Shown one piece after another: positions 59,894-64,000 of a stretch of DNA of 64,000 nt. Position 1 is the stretch's first letter, and each line of letters begins with the position of its first letter. This DNA is from Lepidodermella squamata (Eukaryota > Animalia > Gastrotricha), in contig JBLDXI010000020.1 of the NCBI GenBank assembly GCA_047495785.1, forward strand, positions 1 through 64,000. Direction: 5' to 3'. The notes under the pieces were generated by a model that saw nothing but the letters and a program-made list of their open reading frames with translations, was not told where the DNA came from and searched no databases. The position numbers and the translations under genes are program-made.

Positions 59894-61902
59894 ATGGCGA
59901 GCGCGAGTATTCCCGGATCGTCTGCTATGAGTGGACTTGATATGTCTCAAGTTAGGCCACAAGCCCAGCTAGCGATTACAGGCATAGAGCAGGTAAGCGT
60001 TGCACTTATCGATTCGAAGTTCTAGCATATGTACCTTTCATTTTATAGGTTATGGATGTGCTTCTGTATGGATCACTAGAAGTCAAGCAGTATCTAGCTG
60101 CTGAATGCGACTTGATATTTGAATGCCGCATATGTCGAGCACTATTTCGTAGCTTACCTAACTTTATTGGTCATAAGCGAATGTTTTGCACAGAGAAGTT
60201 GGCATGGATGAACAATAAATGTCAGCTTTTTGTACTATACTGTCATTTTAGAATGAAGGTCCAGCTGTTTGACGAAGTCGATGAAAGTCCATCTAGCTCA
60301 TCGGAATCCTCCCAGCCTACCGAAGTTAAAGCTAGTGCTGAAAAGATTTCCAAAACTCCGGAGGTAAAACAAGACTCCCCATCTCGTTTATCACACCGGG
60401 AAGCGGAGTCAGTGGAAAAAGTTATTGCTGTTACAAATAAAACCAAATCAAAATCAAGCAGCAATGTTTTGCGATCAAAACCCCCAATCATCAAGACGAA
60501 CAGTAATACAGGTATGTCTCAAAACTCTGTTTGTACCCTTGCCAAACTAATACTCGTGTTTTAGAATCTTCTAATACCAACGGAAAGCTAACTTATGCTG
60601 AGGTCGTGGATTTCGTCAAAAAGCAGTGCAAGCTATGTAAGTTTCTTTACCTGAGATCACTTTCGTTCACTTCGATTTTTCATAGGTGGATTAAAAGCTT
60701 CAGAACGCCGTCACTTGGTTGATCATGCTCGAAACAACCACGCAGATCAGCTGTATTTTTTAAAGTGCCCGCATTGCCCATGCTCTTTTTTCATCACGGG
60801 CAATTTGACGCGGCATCTGAAAAACGCACATCAAATAGACCAAAAAGCCGCAGACGTGACTGTTGTTTTACCCGGAATGAACACTCACGCATTATCTGTT
60901 ATTAAAGCTGCTGGATCACCAAGGTCTAATCAGAGTCAACGCAATTCCAAGGTGCGAGTTTCATTGCCTGAAGTCAGCCGGAAGCGGGCAGCTCCAGACG
61001 GGCATTCAGAAACAAGTCCACCGGCGAGGAAAGTTCCAGCGGGAAGAAAAACTACATCTGAATCATCTGAAGCCATTGATTCTGACCGGAAAACTGAGAG
61101 CAGTGGAAAATCGTCCTCGAAGGCCAAAACACTTGAAGACGGATTGAGTGCGTCTAAGAATGCGAATACCAGCGATTGCGAGCAAAGCGATGCCGAAGAC
61201 GACGATAGCTTGTCTTTAGCTGCAATCGTTGGCAAATCGAATGGAAATTCAACCGGAATCGATGAAGATGGTGGGAAAGTTCCCGGTGCCAGCTCAAAAC
61301 TGTCTCGAGAATCTACCACCAGTTCTCGGCCAACGAGAGCACGAGCGACCACAGGTAGTTGATATTGTTTTCCTAAATCATTCTCAATTGAAAATTCTCT
61401 TTGTATAAAATTAAAGGTAAGTATGCCGAGGAAATTACATCTTCCATTCAGGCTGCCCCTCCTGCGCCGAAATTGCCTCGGGTTGAAAGCAGTAGACCGA
61501 GCTCTGACAACGGCCACTTGAGAACAGCTCTGACGACCGTAACAAGCGCGCGAGCTTCGCGCAAGAACGCGGCTCCTCAGCAACACATAACCGATGCGAT
61601 GTCGGTACGTTCAACTCGCCGTCTTTCCCTAGCAAACCCTCAACACATGGCGTCGAATCAACCGCCCGAAGTTCTCGATTTTCACTGTCGCCGGTGCAAG
61701 TTCGCCTCACAAACTATGGCTGAATGCGTGTAAGTACACTTGAAGAAGAATTTAGAAAATTGATGAATGAAACGACGACTTCATGCACAGGTTACATGTT
61801 CAGAGTACACACGGCATCAAGGTTGACCGGCGGGACCCACAACCTCACATCGAGTCGATCAGTCGGGCCGCGAGCTCTGCGCAGCTAGCTATGGTGATTT
61901 GA
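59894..61902 (+). CDS. ZNF800-like C2H2 zinc-finger protein (multi-exon)
   Basis: N-terminal GIEQ|V...ECDLIFECRICRALFRSLPNFIGHKRMFC resembles ZNF800; further fingers CKLC..H, CPHC..HLKNAH and CRRC..HVQSTH; canonical short introns. Confidence 0.8.
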
Positions 61903-62399
61903 TAGTCACTGCGAACGATTCATTCACGAACGATGGATGTGATCGAAGTTGTTGCTATCAATGGAGCTATACTCGATTGAATCAGCGTTTCAGCGTTGTT
62001 TTAACGCTGGAGCGAGGGAATGTGTCGGCCTGGAATAAGTAATCAATTTTATCGATATAAAGCCGCAGCTAGAGGGCGCGGCGCAGTTTGCCACTTAATT
62101 TTCTTTTAACCTCATACCGACCAAAAGAGTGATCGGTTGGAATCTTGAAATTGTTGTAAATATAATTCTTCGGAAAAATAAAGTTTGTGATACACGTTCG
62201 TCGATAAATGTTGCGTCTTTCCTTGATGGCGTTCGTAAAGAAAAGCAGACTAGGCAGATTTAGTTTATTGTCAATTGGTTTTAATTGCACAGCAAATCCA
62301 CTCAAGTTTCTCTTATCCGATCAGATGAGTTTTCAAGAGAAGCTAGAATTCGGAGTCACCGAATTCAACTTCGATTCTTATTCTGAAAGCGCAAAATTA

Positions 62400-63860
62400 T
62401 GTAATCGGTGGAGATTGTAATATTAACCATATGCATTCTGTGAACAAGAGTAATTTCGTAGACTTGATTTGTGCTCATGGACTGGATTTGTCATTTACAT
62501 ACGTAGGCAGACTATTACGCGCCCGAAATCGCAAACGATGCTTGACTGTTCTTGTATCTCCTATTCGCCGGAGAAGGTCGTTCTAACTGGAGCCACCGAG
62601 GGTATTAGCGATCACAGAGGAATCGCTTTAGTAGCAACGGTCGAAAAATCTAGGACCAATTCAGCTTCAACTACCTTGGGGAAAGATTTCAACAAAATTA
62701 ACAAGGATTATAGAGCCTCTAAGAAAACGCCATTTCCATAACAAAATAACGCTGAGGAGTTAATAGCCAATTTGAATAGCGCCATTCTGGAGGCGATATA
62801 TCGGAAACAGCGCCAGAACGAAAAAGCAGTGTTCGGAAAAACACTGAATCTCATGAAACAAATGAACGCGATATCGATAAATTATTATCATTTCGTAAAA
62901 ACTGCACGCAGATCAGCGCCATCGACGGAAAGCAAGACGAGCCAGGTATTGGCGTCAAGTGGCCGATTTTCATTATCTCCTGTTTTCCTACTTTCGAACA
63001 ATGCCTTTCAGTTCTAATAAAAAAATATCTATGTAACATTCTGTTAATCTCGCCCCCATCTCAATTCGGCTTTAGGAAGTATCACTCAACCGAGACTGGC
63101 CTTGCGAAAATGACCCACGATTGACGTTGTGCAATAGACAAGGGCTTCATGACAGCTGTGGTTAGCATCGACATGAGTAAAGCCTTCGATACTCTGAGCA
63201 CATACCGTATTTCGTGTCCTCTTTGCATAGCGCAGGTTTTGGAAAATTATCCCAGACCGCCACCTTGGACTTCGGAGTACCTCAAGGTTCCGTTTCAGGG
63301 TCTTTCTTATTTACGATTTATGTCAATGAATTATCTCTGACTTCACTAAAGTCCACTGTTATTATACAATATATATGCCGACACCAATACGACGACACCA
63401 AAATGTAATTTTCGGCAGAAAAGAGTCGGACATGGTTGTGGATAGCTCAAGTCCGGCGGCCAGATTCCAGAGGCCCGAGCCCGGCGCTGAAAAATAGCGC
63501 TGGTTACCATTGGCTTGGGAAGTGTTCATTCAACACTATGCAGTATGCATGAACTGCTGATCAACAGTCGCCATGACAAAGTCCGGTCTATGATCGCCAC
63601 AGCGCTACGCAAAAACGGCGTTTTAAATGTTTTAAATTAGATGTTATGGCAACTCGCCTCCTGAAGTACGCTTTGAGCTATATGGTCAGCCCCTGCCTCA
63701 GGTCAACCGCGCACGCTACCTCGGGATCTACCTCACACCCCAGCTAAGTTGGAATTACCATCTTGAAATAATTGCCTCAAAACTGAAGCCTCGCCTTGGC
63801 GCCCTCTACGCCCTGGCCAAGCGGCACGTTTTGCTTAAACACCTTTGTGTGCTCTTTTAT
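62400..63860 (+). pseudogene. Highly degraded LINE remnants (APE and RT motifs)
   Basis: GGDCN, SDH, QFGFRK, IDMSKAFD, GVPQGS, YAD and YLG scattered across frames with stops. Confidence 0.65.
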
Positions 63861-64000
63861 AAAACCATTGTGTTTGAGGTTGTAAGTTGAAAAAAATCCG
63901 CACGCTGATTGGTCAGTTGGCTCGTATCCATGACTCCGCCTTGCTACTTGATCGTGCGATCTATATAATTTGTGGCTTTTATTATTTTTATGAAGGCCGT

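Overview
Eukaryotic (invertebrate-animal-like) DNA with short GT-AG introns and TTAGGG telomeres; the window reads like a left chromosome end at a contig start. Bases 1-17 match a PacBio barcoded-adapter sequence (from memory), and 18-4196 is a near-perfect inverted copy of 4292-8470, so the first 4.2 kb is probably a fold-back or amplification artefact. Bases 4197-19880 form a chain of co-oriented (+) units separated by (TAACCC)n tracts. The chain contains the C-terminal half of an endonuclease-less Penelope-like RT, two divergent C2H2 zinc-finger accessory genes, a family of basic-plus-helical accessory ORFs whose 3' ends run into telomeric repeats, six distinct type-I hammerhead ribozymes (four with a covarying pseudoknot, two minimal), promoter-like motifs, hairpin arrays and conserved 3'-terminal stem-loops. 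This resembles an Athena/Terminon-like telomere-attached retroelement system in a TTAGGG organism. Beyond 19880 is ordinary gene-bearing DNA: an actin-like gene, a MULE transposon, a Shaw/Kv3 channel gene, a tetraspanin, a foldback MITE, a near-complete LINE with a 135-bp TSD, RTE and other LINE fragments, a solo LTR and a ZNF800-like gene.
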